From positions 25,094 through 89,093 of the forward strand of contig JAYODW010000008.1 of the NCBI GenBank assembly GCA_038116745.1: DNA of 64,000 bases, given 5' to 3'. Below are positions 1 through 8,369 of the stretch, piece after piece. Source of the stretch: Gammaproteobacteria bacterium (GTDB lineage: Bacteria; Pseudomonadota; Gammaproteobacteria; Ga0077536). The notes under the pieces are model-generated. The model saw nothing but the letters and a program-made list of their open reading frames with translations, was not told the DNA's origin and did no database searches. A program made the translations under genes and the position numbers. How positions within the stretch are numbered: the stretch's first letter is position 1; each line of letters opens with the position of its first letter.

Positions 1-1
1 G

Positions 2-94
2 CGGAACTGCTCGCTGTGGCTGGACGACGAGCTCATCGTCGACCGTGGTGACATCGTCCCCGACGATATGCGACCCGCCGCCGGCGGCGGGTAA
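2..94 (+). CDS. 3' end (partial) of a NicX (2,5-dihydroxypyridine 5,6-dioxygenase)/peptidase M29-like protein
   Basis: Frame 2 reads RNCSLWLDDELIVDRGDIVPDDMRPAAGGG* (TAA 92-94), resembling the C-terminal 'R.CSL.LD.E.IV..G..V' end of NicX-like proteins. Only about 30 codons are visible. Confidence 0.5.
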   Translation, partial: RNCSLWLDDELIVDRGDIVPDDMRPAAGGG

Positions 95-120
95 CTCTTA
101 GCGGATTCCGCCCGCTGCGT

Positions 121-1161
121 TCAGCCGAGGCGGGTCTGCAGCAGCTTCTGCGCTTTACCCATGAGCAGCGGAAAGCTCTCGCCAAACACTTCCCAGGCAT
201 CGTTCGGCCGCCGGCCGCTGCGGTGCTCTTCAAAGTAGTACGCAGTGATACAGGCCAGGCGATAACCGGCCAGCGCGCGGTACCAGCCGAGGTCATCGAG
301 ATGCCACGCGCTGCGTTCAGCGTAGCGCGCGATCAGCTGCTCAGGCTGCGGCTGCCAGCCCATGCTGCCCCGGCGCATCGGGCCCCAGCAATCGCGGTCG
401 TAGATCATGCAGGCCCAGCCCACGTCGAGCAGACTCGGCCCGATGGATGCACCCTCCCAGTCGACCACACCGCTGAAGCGCGCGCCGTCGAACACCCAGT
501 TGTTGGAGTAGTAGTCGCCATGCACCAGGCCACGCGGCACATCGGCAGGCATAGTGTCGTGCAGGAGATCGCGCACGGCGTAGCCCAGCCCCAGCCATAC
601 CGGGTCGGTGGCGCGACGCAGGATATTGGCCCAGTGCTCGATTTCCGCGACCGGCTCCCGCACCGCGTTCCAGCCGGCCAGAGACCCATCCACATCGATG
701 GCATGAATGTCGACCAGCACGTCCATCGCACGTTCAAAACGATTGCCGGCATCCTCAAAGCCGCGTTCAGCTGCGGCCTGAAAAAGATCCGGCGGCGACG
801 CGCCGGGCAGACGCGACATCATGAGATACGGCGCGCCGAACGCGCGCTCGTCGTCTGACCAGAAGCGCGCCCGCGGTGCCGGGATCCCGCTCTGCTCCAG
901 CGCCTGCAGCAACGGTACCTGGCGCAGCACGTCAAAATTATTTTTACGCGCCACCCCGGGAGGCGGAATTTTCAGGACCAGGCGCTCGACCAGCCGGCTA
1001 CCGTCGAGCACATCAAAACCGATCGTGACGCCAGAGTGTCCACCGAGCGGCGCAATCGCCAGCGCACTCGACGCAGCACCGTAGGTATCGCGGGTCCAGG
1101 CGCTGATCTGCGCTTTCAGCGCGTCCGAATGCGCCAGCGCCTGCGCTGAATTGGCGTTCAT
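121..1161 (-). CDS. APH/phosphotransferase family protein (ACAD10/11-N or LvaA-like kinase)
   Basis: Gly-rich LGGHSG, LVLK, catalytic HGDYYSNN and VVDWE motifs. Last gene of the minus-strand operon. Confidence 0.85.
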   Translation of the reverse strand: MNANSAQALAHSDALKAQISAWTRDTYGAASSALAIAPLGGHSGVTIGFDVLDGSRLVERLVLKIPPPGVARKNNFDVLRQVPLLQALEQSGIPAPRARFWSDDERAFGAPYLMMSRLPGASPPDLFQAAAERGFEDAGNRFERAMDVLVDIHAIDVDGSLAGWNAVREPVAEIEHWANILRRATDPVWLGLGYAVRDLLHDTMPADVPRGLVHGDYYSNNWVFDGARFSGVVDWEGASIGPSLLDVGWACMIYDRDCWGPMRRGSMGWQPQPEQLIARYAERSAWHLDDLGWYRALAGYRLACITAYYFEEHRSGRRPNDAWEVFGESFPLLMGKAQKLLQTRLG

Positions 1162-1188
1162 CAGTGCGTTGCTGCTGCGGGCGCGGGG

Positions 1189-2652
1189 TCAGCGCGAAAG
1201 GATCAGCTCACCGTCCGGACGGCGCACGTGCACATGGCGCGGCCGTTTCAGGGTCATCAGATGATCCAGCAGCGCGTCCAGGCTCATGTCGTCCTGGTAG
1301 TCATAGGTGCGCTTGACCGGGCCCGCAGCGTGCGCCGCCGCCAGATCTTCAGCGGGCACCAGATAGCGCAGGATGAGCTCCTCGTCGCTGACTTTGCGTC
1401 CGCCGTACTGCTGACGCACCTCTTCGAGATCGGGCTGCGGGCGCTCCCAGTTGAGAAAGCGCTTGCCCTGCTCGGAGGCAAAGACGCGGTCTTTGACAGC
1501 CTGGCTGATCGGTGCCGGCGGCGCCCCATAATGCTCGCCCAGATACAGCACAACCTCGTCGGGGACGGTGCTCCAGCGCTCTCCCGTCACCACGTTCAGC
1601 ACCGACTGAATGCCGATCAGCTGCGAGAACGGCGTCGCCGAGATCGGGTGCCCCAACTCCTCACGCACGCGGACCGTCTCCTCCAACACCTCGTGCAGGC
1701 GATCTTCCATCCCGTACTGCGCGAGCTGGGCTTTCAGCGTGCCGGTCATGCCGCCCGGCAGGTGATGCCGGTAGGCGAACGCGCTGTATTCGTTAGGCAC
1801 GCCGGTGGCCCAGCCTTCCTGCCGCGCGATGCGCGCGCAGTGGTCAGAGATCTCGGGCAGCACTGCGGTGTCGATGCCGTGGGTATGGCCCAGCCAGTGG
1901 ATGTTTTCCAGCGTCTGCTCGGTCGACGGCAGCGAGGGGCCGTTAGCCAGCGAGCGCGCACAGGTGTGCAGGCACTGCGCACCGGCCTCAATCGCGATCA
2001 CGTAGTTGAGCGCGCCCATGCCGGTGGTGTTGTGAAAGTGAAACTCGATGGGCTTGTCGCCAGCCGCGGTGATCAGCGCCGGCACGAGGGTACGCGCGCG
2101 CTCCGGCGACAGGATCCCCGGCGCATCTTCGACATAGATCGCGCTGATGCTCGGCCAGCTCGCCATCTCTGCCACCCGCGCCGCGAACCACTCGTCGGTG
2201 TGCACCGGCGAGATGCCGTACATGATCGCCCCCATCGCGCGCGCGCCGGTCGCGGCGATGGTCTCCGAAAGCCGGCGCATGTCGGGCATGTTGTACAGAC
2301 AGTCGTAGATCCAGAAAGCGTCAATGCCGTGTCTGACCAGGGTCTGCACATAAAGATCCATGATCACGTTTGGCGTCATGCCGAAGGTGCCTATGCGGTT
2401 CTGACAGACTGGCGCGCGGAGCTCGCTGGTCGGCATCCACTGACGCCAGAGGTCCAGGCTCTCCCAGGGATCTTCCTGCGAGTAGCGCACGCTGCACTCC
2501 ATCAGCGAACTGCCGGTTACCTCGATCGCGCGGAAGCCGGCGCCATCCATCTGGCGCGCCACGCGCTCGAGCATGCCGCCGCGCAGGCGCATGCCCCACA
2601 GGCTCTGCTGGCCGTCGCGAAAGGTCTGCTCGACGATATCGATGTGCGCCAT
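1189..2652 (-). CDS. Biotin-dependent carboxylase, carboxyltransferase subunit (pyruvate carboxylase B/OadA-like, no biotinyl domain), paralog 2
   Basis: EQTFRDGQQSLW, HFHNTTG metal motif, HHLPGGM and ISATPFSQ motifs. No MK biotinylation domain. Confidence 0.88.
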   Translation of the reverse strand: MAHIDIVEQTFRDGQQSLWGMRLRGGMLERVARQMDGAGFRAIEVTGSSLMECSVRYSQEDPWESLDLWRQWMPTSELRAPVCQNRIGTFGMTPNVIMDLYVQTLVRHGIDAFWIYDCLYNMPDMRRLSETIAATGARAMGAIMYGISPVHTDEWFAARVAEMASWPSISAIYVEDAPGILSPERARTLVPALITAAGDKPIEFHFHNTTGMGALNYVIAIEAGAQCLHTCARSLANGPSLPSTEQTLENIHWLGHTHGIDTAVLPEISDHCARIARQEGWATGVPNEYSAFAYRHHLPGGMTGTLKAQLAQYGMEDRLHEVLEETVRVREELGHPISATPFSQLIGIQSVLNVVTGERWSTVPDEVVLYLGEHYGAPPAPISQAVKDRVFASEQGKRFLNWERPQPDLEEVRQQYGGRKVSDEELILRYLVPAEDLAAAHAAGPVKRTYDYQDDMSLDALLDHLMTLKRPRHVHVRRPDGELILSR

Positions 2653-2654
2653 GA

Positions 2655-3560
2655 TCAGGAGGCCTGCGGTGCCGGGTAGCTGTTCTTCGGGTCCGGCTTA
2701 CCCTCACGCGGCGCCTGCGAGTAGTCACCGAACAGACCATCGCGCTGCGCCACCGCTGCGGGTACGCCAGCACGCTCCGCAAGCTCGATGAAATCATCTG
2801 CCTCAGGCGTGTTGCGCATCAGGCCATCGAGCACCGAGCCGAGCAGTTGGGTGGACTTAAGACCCATGTTCTCGTACGCCTGGTTGACCACCAGCTTCAT
2901 GCAGGCGAGCTGAGAAAGGGGAATGGACGCGAGCTCGTCGGCCAGTTTGTAGGCCTCACCCTCAAGCTCCGCGAACGGGACGGCCTTGTTGACCAGACCG
3001 CATTCGACAGCCTCAGTCCCGGACAGCGGGCGTCCGGTCAGCGCGAGTTCCTTGGCCTTGGCCAGGCCTAGGCGGTGCACCCACATGCCGGCGTGATGGC
3101 AGCCCCACATGCGCGAATAAGGTGTGCCGATACGGGCGTCTTCGCTCATCAGCACGATGTCCGCGCACAGCGCCATTTCGCTGCCGCCGCCGAGCGCCCA
3201 GCCGTGCACCATGGCGATAACGGGCTTGGGGCTGTGCCACAGGCTCATGAACTTCGGCACCCAGCCGGTCACCGGCGAGCAGGTCATGACGAAATCCTTG
3301 CCCGCATCCCATTTACCCTGGGTCGTCAGACCGTCATCCCACTGGTGGAACCCACCGCTGAAGTTGAAGCCTGCGCAGAAGGAGCGACCGGCACCGCGCA
3401 GCACGATGACCTTGACCGCATGGTCACGCACCGCTTCGCCGACCGCTGCCTCCAGCTCATCTGTCATCGGCGGCACGATGGTGTTGAGGTCTTCGGGGCG
3501 GTTGAGCGTGATGGTCGCAATCGCGCCGGCGGTGGAATAAACCAGGGTTTCGTAAGCCAT
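2655..3560 (-). CDS. Crotonase/enoyl-CoA hydratase family protein
   Basis: ITLNRPE, FCAGFNF, KPVIAMVHGWALGGG motifs. Confidence 0.9.
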   Translation of the reverse strand: MAYETLVYSTAGAIATITLNRPEDLNTIVPPMTDELEAAVGEAVRDHAVKVIVLRGAGRSFCAGFNFSGGFHQWDDGLTTQGKWDAGKDFVMTCSPVTGWVPKFMSLWHSPKPVIAMVHGWALGGGSEMALCADIVLMSEDARIGTPYSRMWGCHHAGMWVHRLGLAKAKELALTGRPLSGTEAVECGLVNKAVPFAELEGEAYKLADELASIPLSQLACMKLVVNQAYENMGLKSTQLLGSVLDGLMRNTPEADDFIELAERAGVPAAVAQRDGLFGDYSQAPREGKPDPKNSYPAPQAS

Positions 3561-3578
3561 ATCGTCGTTCTCCGTCTT

Positions 3579-5771
3579 TCAGGGCTCGCGCACGCGCCCC
3601 AGCAGCCGCAGCAGGTCCTCGTGCATCTCGAACCACACCGTGTGGTAACTCGGCACGCGCACGCCGCTCATGAAATCAAGGTCGCCATCCAGAACGCGGT
3701 CGTAGGCTGCTTCCAGGAGCTCTCCATAAACCCCGAGACGCGTCTCAAAGCTGGCGAAGCCGGCCAGGATGGGCGCTGCGCGATCGTGCAGCGCACCAAG
3801 CTCGTCCACGATCCGCGCATCGTAATCCGCGTCGCTGTGGTCATTCGGCACCGAGCTGCCGCCGACATCCATGGTCTGCCAGCGGGTCATCAGTACCAGC
3901 AGCTGGCGGTTTACGACTTCGAAACGGTCATATGCAGCGCCAAAATCCTCAGTCGCACGATGCGCGGCATAAAGCGCGGGATACAGCCGCTCGAGAGCGT
4001 CGCGCCCCGCCGGCGTGACCACGAACCGCCCGGCTGACGCGACCGCCAGCCCCATGGCCTCAATGCGGACCATCGCAGCTGCGGCCGCCGTCCCGTCCAG
4101 TCGGAGCAGGGCTGCCACCTCCTCCAGCGTCGCCGACTTTTTCACCGCCAGGCCGTGCAGCACGAGAAAATCCGGATCGTCACTCGTCTGCGCCTGCAGT
4201 TCAGGCTGCTCGGAAGCCGCGCGGATCGCATCGATGTCGGCACGGGTGACACTCGACCCCCGGCCCTCGAGATTCCGCGAGCCGCGCTGGTCGAGCCGGT
4301 ACAGCGCATCTGCCAGGGGGCTCCCGGCATTGCTACGCACCCAGGCATCATCGAGAAAACGATAAGGCGCCTGACAGACACTGGGCACAAACTCAGCCGC
4401 AGCCGCGTTGTAGTCGGCAAGACTCAGCCTGCCGCGTGTCGTGAGATAGGTGCCGCGCTTGGGTTCCAGCGACGTCGAGCCAGGGCGCAGCGGGCCGGAG
4501 CTCAGCGTGTAGTGCTCATCCTGCAGCACGCTGTAGGGCACCGGGCTCCACATGTCCCCCGGGGCATCGGCCCATTTGCTCATGCTGTAAGCGGATCCCT
4601 GCTGCGACGGCAGACTGATGTAGCCCAGGAGCTCAGCCAGAAAATCCCGCGCGTACTCGTCATTCAGCAGCGGCTTGATGCGCTGCGCGCGGGGATCGAG
4701 CGTGAACCAGTCGTCGGGCTCGTACAGTCCGGCAACGTGGAACAGATCCTTGGCCACCGCGGCGTAAATCATCGCGCCGGCATCGATCATCTGATCGCGC
4801 GTCCACCCCGCCATGCGCTTCCATAGCTCACGTGTGGCCTCACTCAGAATCGCGCCCTCATGGTCGAGGAACTCAGCCAGGGTCGCAGCGTTGTCCATGG
4901 CCACAGGGATCTCCCCGTCACTGAGGAAATCTGAGGTATACAGGCCGACCGCCACGACATTGTCGTGCTCGAAAGCGGGCGTGGCCTCGAAGCTCGCCCA
5001 GTCGTCAACGATGTTGAAGTGCGTGTCTTTGACGATGGTCGGGATGGTCAGGTTGTTGTGCGTGACGCGTCCGGCGATACCGTCCAGCCACGGCAGGTCG
5101 CACTCGCCCATGTCGACAAAGCCCCGCACCAGCATCTCTTCGTGAGGCCGGCAGCGATACGGCCCGTGATTCCAGATCCCCAGGCGCGACTCACAGTGCG
5201 ACAGCAGCGCGAATTGATTGGCGGTCGACATGAATTTTTTCAACGCGGTGTGCAGCCGATCGCCCGGTCGCATAGCGATCGCGTCGGCCTCGAACACCTG
5301 CAGGCGGCGCTCCGGCAGGATCTGGGCGCGCAGATTGCTGTCGGATGGCAGCACGTGGGCGTGGTTACGGTGATAGGCAAGATTTACCCGCTCGGCGAAG
5401 TCCTCGACGAAAACCAGATCATCGAGCGCATCGGTCGGCCGCAGCAGTCCGAACTCGATCAGTGTCTGGCGTCCGGCCAGATAAAACTCCGGTACGCAGG
5501 AGAGACTGATGATGTCGCCCTTGGTCGAGGTCTCCCGCAGGCGGTCCCCGATCTCTTCCGGGCTCATGCGCGCCGCCAGACGGCGCAGCAGTTCGGGATA
5601 GCGGTAGAAGGCCTGCAGGTAGGACACCACCATGTAAGCCGGCACCGGGAAGAGCTTCGACTCCTGCACCGTGCGCGTACTGCAGTGGAAAAACCAGGTG
5701 TCCGCGTTCTTGCGTATCCAGGCGTTCAGCCGGAGCAGATCGGTGTAACCGTGACCGTGCGTAGCCCTCAT
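3579..5771 (-). CDS. Unknown ~510-aa domain fused to a C-terminal wHTH + Rv1126c-like domain
   Basis: 730-aa ORF overlapping the upstream gene by ATGA. The C-terminus (VLHGLAVKK...NDHSDADYD...LH...SYHTVWFEMHEDLL) resembles the small proteins encoded next to truncated actinobacterial ppdK. Confidence 0.75.
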   Translation of the reverse strand: MRATHGHGYTDLLRLNAWIRKNADTWFFHCSTRTVQESKLFPVPAYMVVSYLQAFYRYPELLRRLAARMSPEEIGDRLRETSTKGDIISLSCVPEFYLAGRQTLIEFGLLRPTDALDDLVFVEDFAERVNLAYHRNHAHVLPSDSNLRAQILPERRLQVFEADAIAMRPGDRLHTALKKFMSTANQFALLSHCESRLGIWNHGPYRCRPHEEMLVRGFVDMGECDLPWLDGIAGRVTHNNLTIPTIVKDTHFNIVDDWASFEATPAFEHDNVVAVGLYTSDFLSDGEIPVAMDNAATLAEFLDHEGAILSEATRELWKRMAGWTRDQMIDAGAMIYAAVAKDLFHVAGLYEPDDWFTLDPRAQRIKPLLNDEYARDFLAELLGYISLPSQQGSAYSMSKWADAPGDMWSPVPYSVLQDEHYTLSSGPLRPGSTSLEPKRGTYLTTRGRLSLADYNAAAAEFVPSVCQAPYRFLDDAWVRSNAGSPLADALYRLDQRGSRNLEGRGSSVTRADIDAIRAASEQPELQAQTSDDPDFLVLHGLAVKKSATLEEVAALLRLDGTAAAAAMVRIEAMGLAVASAGRFVVTPAGRDALERLYPALYAAHRATEDFGAAYDRFEVVNRQLLVLMTRWQTMDVGGSSVPNDHSDADYDARIVDELGALHDRAAPILAGFASFETRLGVYGELLEAAYDRVLDGDLDFMSGVRVPSYHTVWFEMHEDLLRLLGRVREP

Positions 5772-6472
5772 GGCAGCTTCCAGACCCGCGCTCGCCCGAG
5801 GCCATCAGCGTCTTCGTAGGGTGGTTTAGCCGCAACGCTGTACTCAACCTGCACGCTATCGCCGTCGGCGATCCCCGCAACCTCGGCCGCCATCAGGCAG
5901 GGGATCTGATACTCGCGCGTCAGGATTCCGAGATGCGACCGCACCGAGCCACCGCGACAGACCACGGCGGTGAAGCCCTCCAGGATCGGTGCGGTCAGCG
6001 TTCCGCCTGAATCGTCAATGATGGCCACAGTGCCTGGCGGCACCCCGTTGGTCAGGTAGTCCATCACTTTCTCCACGCTGCTGATGAGGCGCGCGGTGCC
6101 GATGATGTCCTCCCGGCAATGAAACACGTTGTCGCCCTGTCCCGCGAGCAGGCGTCCTTCAGCATCCGCCGGCAGGTCATCCGAGAGCGCTGCAGTGGCA
6201 CGCACCGCGTACTTGTGCGGCGCCTCGGCGACAGAGATCCCGGCCGACATCTCGAATCGTTCGCCTGTCGCCAGAAATTCATCCTCGAGACCCTGAAAGT
6301 CCGCGGCGGACAATTCGAGTGCGGCCTCGAAGACCATCTCTTCCCAGGTTCTGCCGCTTTCCGCCAGACGCGCCGCCGCGATCTCCCGGATGCGACGGTG
6401 ATAGAACGCCACCGTGCGGAACTGCGGCGGTGCACCCCATTTATTCAGCGTCCCAGGATCTATCTCAGACAT
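5768..6472 (-). CDS. Stand-alone PEP-utilising enzyme mobile (phospho-histidine swivel) domain protein
   Basis: GGTLTAPIL...AVVCRGGSVRSHLGILTREYQIPCLM matches the GGxxSHxxIxxRExGIP motif, with the His conserved. No ATP-grasp domain and no PEP-binding barrel. Confidence 0.85.
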   Translation of the reverse strand: MSEIDPGTLNKWGAPPQFRTVAFYHRRIREIAAARLAESGRTWEEMVFEAALELSAADFQGLEDEFLATGERFEMSAGISVAEAPHKYAVRATAALSDDLPADAEGRLLAGQGDNVFHCREDIIGTARLISSVEKVMDYLTNGVPPGTVAIIDDSGGTLTAPILEGFTAVVCRGGSVRSHLGILTREYQIPCLMAAEVAGIADGDSVQVEYSVAAKPPYEDADGLGRARVWKLP

Positions 6473-6499
6473 ACGTCGTATTCCTTGTCCGCCCGGATT

Positions 6500-7879
6500 T
6501 CAGGCTACCTGGCGCGCGTTCCACTGCGGCAGGAAAGAGTCTTCGAGCCAGCGCGTATTGATGCGATCGGCACGGAAATCGCCGTGCCCGATCAGGTCGC
6601 GCAGCACGCCCGCCGTGGTCTCGATGCCCTCGATGCGCACCTGACCAAGCGCGCGATAGAGTCGATCTGCAGCCAGCTCCCGGGTCTCGCCCCAGCAGAT
6701 CAGTTTGGCCACCATGGAGTCGTAGTGGGCGCCGACGACGTAACCATCGTGGCAATGTGTATCGATCCGGACCCCCTCGCCCTGCGGCATGGTCCAGTGC
6801 CGGATCGTGCCGGGTGACGGAAGAAAACCCGCCTGTGCCTGCTCAGCGTTAAGGCGACACTCTATGGCGTGTCCCCGCAGGCTGACCTGCGCCTGGTTCA
6901 GGCTCAGCGGTTTACCAGCGGCGATGCGCAGCTGCTCCCGCACGATATCCACCCCCGTGACCATCTCGGTGACCGGGTGTTCGACCTGCACCCGCGTATT
7001 GACCTCCAGGAAGCAGAAGGTCTCGCGGTCGAGATCAACCAGGAACTCCATCGTGCCCGCGCTGCGATAATTGAGGGCGCGCGCCAGCGCGACTGCCGCC
7101 CCGCAGATGGCTTCACGCAAATGCGTCGGCACGGCACGCGCGGGCGCTTCCTCGACGAGCTTCTGGTAGCGCCGCTGGCAGGAGCAGTCGCGCTCGCCAA
7201 GGTGAATCACCTCCCCGTGCGCGTCAGCCACGATCTGAACCTCGACGTGTCGTGCATTCGTGACGTAGCGCTCCAGAAACAGCGTGCCATCGCCGAATGC
7301 GGCCGCCGCCTCGGTCGAGGCGCGGAGGAAGGCATCTCTCATCTCGTCCTCAGAATGCACCTGCACCATGCCGCGCCCGCCGCCCCCCGCCGTCGCCTTG
7401 AGCAGCACGGGATAGCCGACCTGCCCGGCAATCCTGCGGGCCTCATCCACTGACTCGATAGCATCCGACCCGTCGCCTACTGGGATCCCCAGCTCGCGCG
7501 CCGCCTGGCGCGCGGCGACTTTGTCGCCACCGCGGCGGATCACATCCGCCGGCGGCCCGACGAAAACGAGCCCGTGCTGTACGCAGGCCGCGGCCAGTTC
7601 GGGTCTTTCGGAGAGAAACCCGTACCCCGGATGCACGGCGTCACAGCGCGTCGCGATAGCGGCGCCAACGATGGCTGCGACATTGAGATAGCTCTGGTTT
7701 GCCGCCGCCGGCCCGATCTCGACCACCCGTTCGGCTAATCTGGTGACCATGCTCCCCCGATCAGCCTCCGAGACCACCGCAACGCACTCAAGGCCCTCAT
7801 CAAAACAGGCGCGCGCGATGCGCACCGCAATCTCGCCGCGATTGGCAATCAATACCCGACGCAGGGGCCCGCGCGTCAT
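6500..7879 (-). CDS. accC: Biotin carboxylase subunit
   Basis: LIANRGEIAVRI, HPGYGFLSE, KATAGGGGRGM, ERDCSCQRRYQKLVEEAP, EVNTRVQVEHPVTE, YDSMVAKL motifs. Confidence 0.95.
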   Translation of the reverse strand: MTRGPLRRVLIANRGEIAVRIARACFDEGLECVAVVSEADRGSMVTRLAERVVEIGPAAANQSYLNVAAIVGAAIATRCDAVHPGYGFLSERPELAAACVQHGLVFVGPPADVIRRGGDKVAARQAARELGIPVGDGSDAIESVDEARRIAGQVGYPVLLKATAGGGGRGMVQVHSEDEMRDAFLRASTEAAAAFGDGTLFLERYVTNARHVEVQIVADAHGEVIHLGERDCSCQRRYQKLVEEAPARAVPTHLREAICGAAVALARALNYRSAGTMEFLVDLDRETFCFLEVNTRVQVEHPVTEMVTGVDIVREQLRIAAGKPLSLNQAQVSLRGHAIECRLNAEQAQAGFLPSPGTIRHWTMPQGEGVRIDTHCHDGYVVGAHYDSMVAKLICWGETRELAADRLYRALGQVRIEGIETTAGVLRDLIGHGDFRADRINTRWLEDSFLPQWNARQVA

Positions 7880-8367
7880 GCCTCGGCGCTGTCCGGATCG
7901 ATGACCACAAGAGTCTGCGCGCGCGCGACCTGCTCACTGTTCGCGACGCAGATTGCGACCACTGTCCCGCTTACCCCGGCTACCACCCGGTTCATAAGCT
8001 TCATGACCTCGACGATGCACACTACCGACTCCGCCTCGACATGCTGGCCGACCTCGACGAAGGGCGGCGCGCCGGGCGCGGGAGAACGCCAGAAAATACC
8101 GGGAGACGGCGAGCACACCGGCGTGCCTGCGGGAATTTCAGCCACCTGCATCGGGGTCTGCGCTGGCGCCGGCGCGGCGGACGGGGTGTCCGGCGCTGCG
8201 ACTGCTGTGGCTGCCGCCGGCCGCGCCTGCGGCGTCGCCACGGGCAATGTCCCGCCTTCATCACTGGCGCTGATATAGACCTCGACCCCATCAATCGACA
8301 GACGGATCTCGTTCCAGTCGGACTGCTCGAAGGCGTCGAGCAGACGGCGGATATCTGACGGTTCCAT
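7876..8367 (-). CDS. accB: Biotin carboxyl carrier protein
   Basis: Ala/Pro-rich linker, SPSPGIFWRSPAPG and the biotinylation motif EVMKLMN. ATGA overlap with the biotin carboxylase gene. Confidence 0.93.
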   Translation of the reverse strand: MEPSDIRRLLDAFEQSDWNEIRLSIDGVEVYISASDEGGTLPVATPQARPAAATAVAAPDTPSAAPAPAQTPMQVAEIPAGTPVCSPSPGIFWRSPAPGAPPFVEVGQHVEAESVVCIVEVMKLMNRVVAGVSGTVVAICVANSEQVARAQTLVVIDPDSAEA

Positions 8368-8369
8368 CG

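Noticed and set aside
1228-2679. Long antisense ORFs (e.g. 1228-2679 +, 9603-10553 +, 32582-33841 -, 49252-50226 -)
   Set aside because: They are shadows of high-GC coding genes on the opposite strand, with no motifs or RBS.
3579-4180. Separate MarR-type regulator gene
   Set aside because: It is in frame with the upstream domain with no stop or obvious restart. The His-rich C-terminal part is not typical of MarR proteins.
6500-8367. Housekeeping acetyl-CoA carboxylase or pyruvate carboxylase
   Set aside because: No accA/accD or fatty-acid context. The partner CTs lack the canonical pyruvate-site residues, so a dedicated catabolic carboxylase is more likely.
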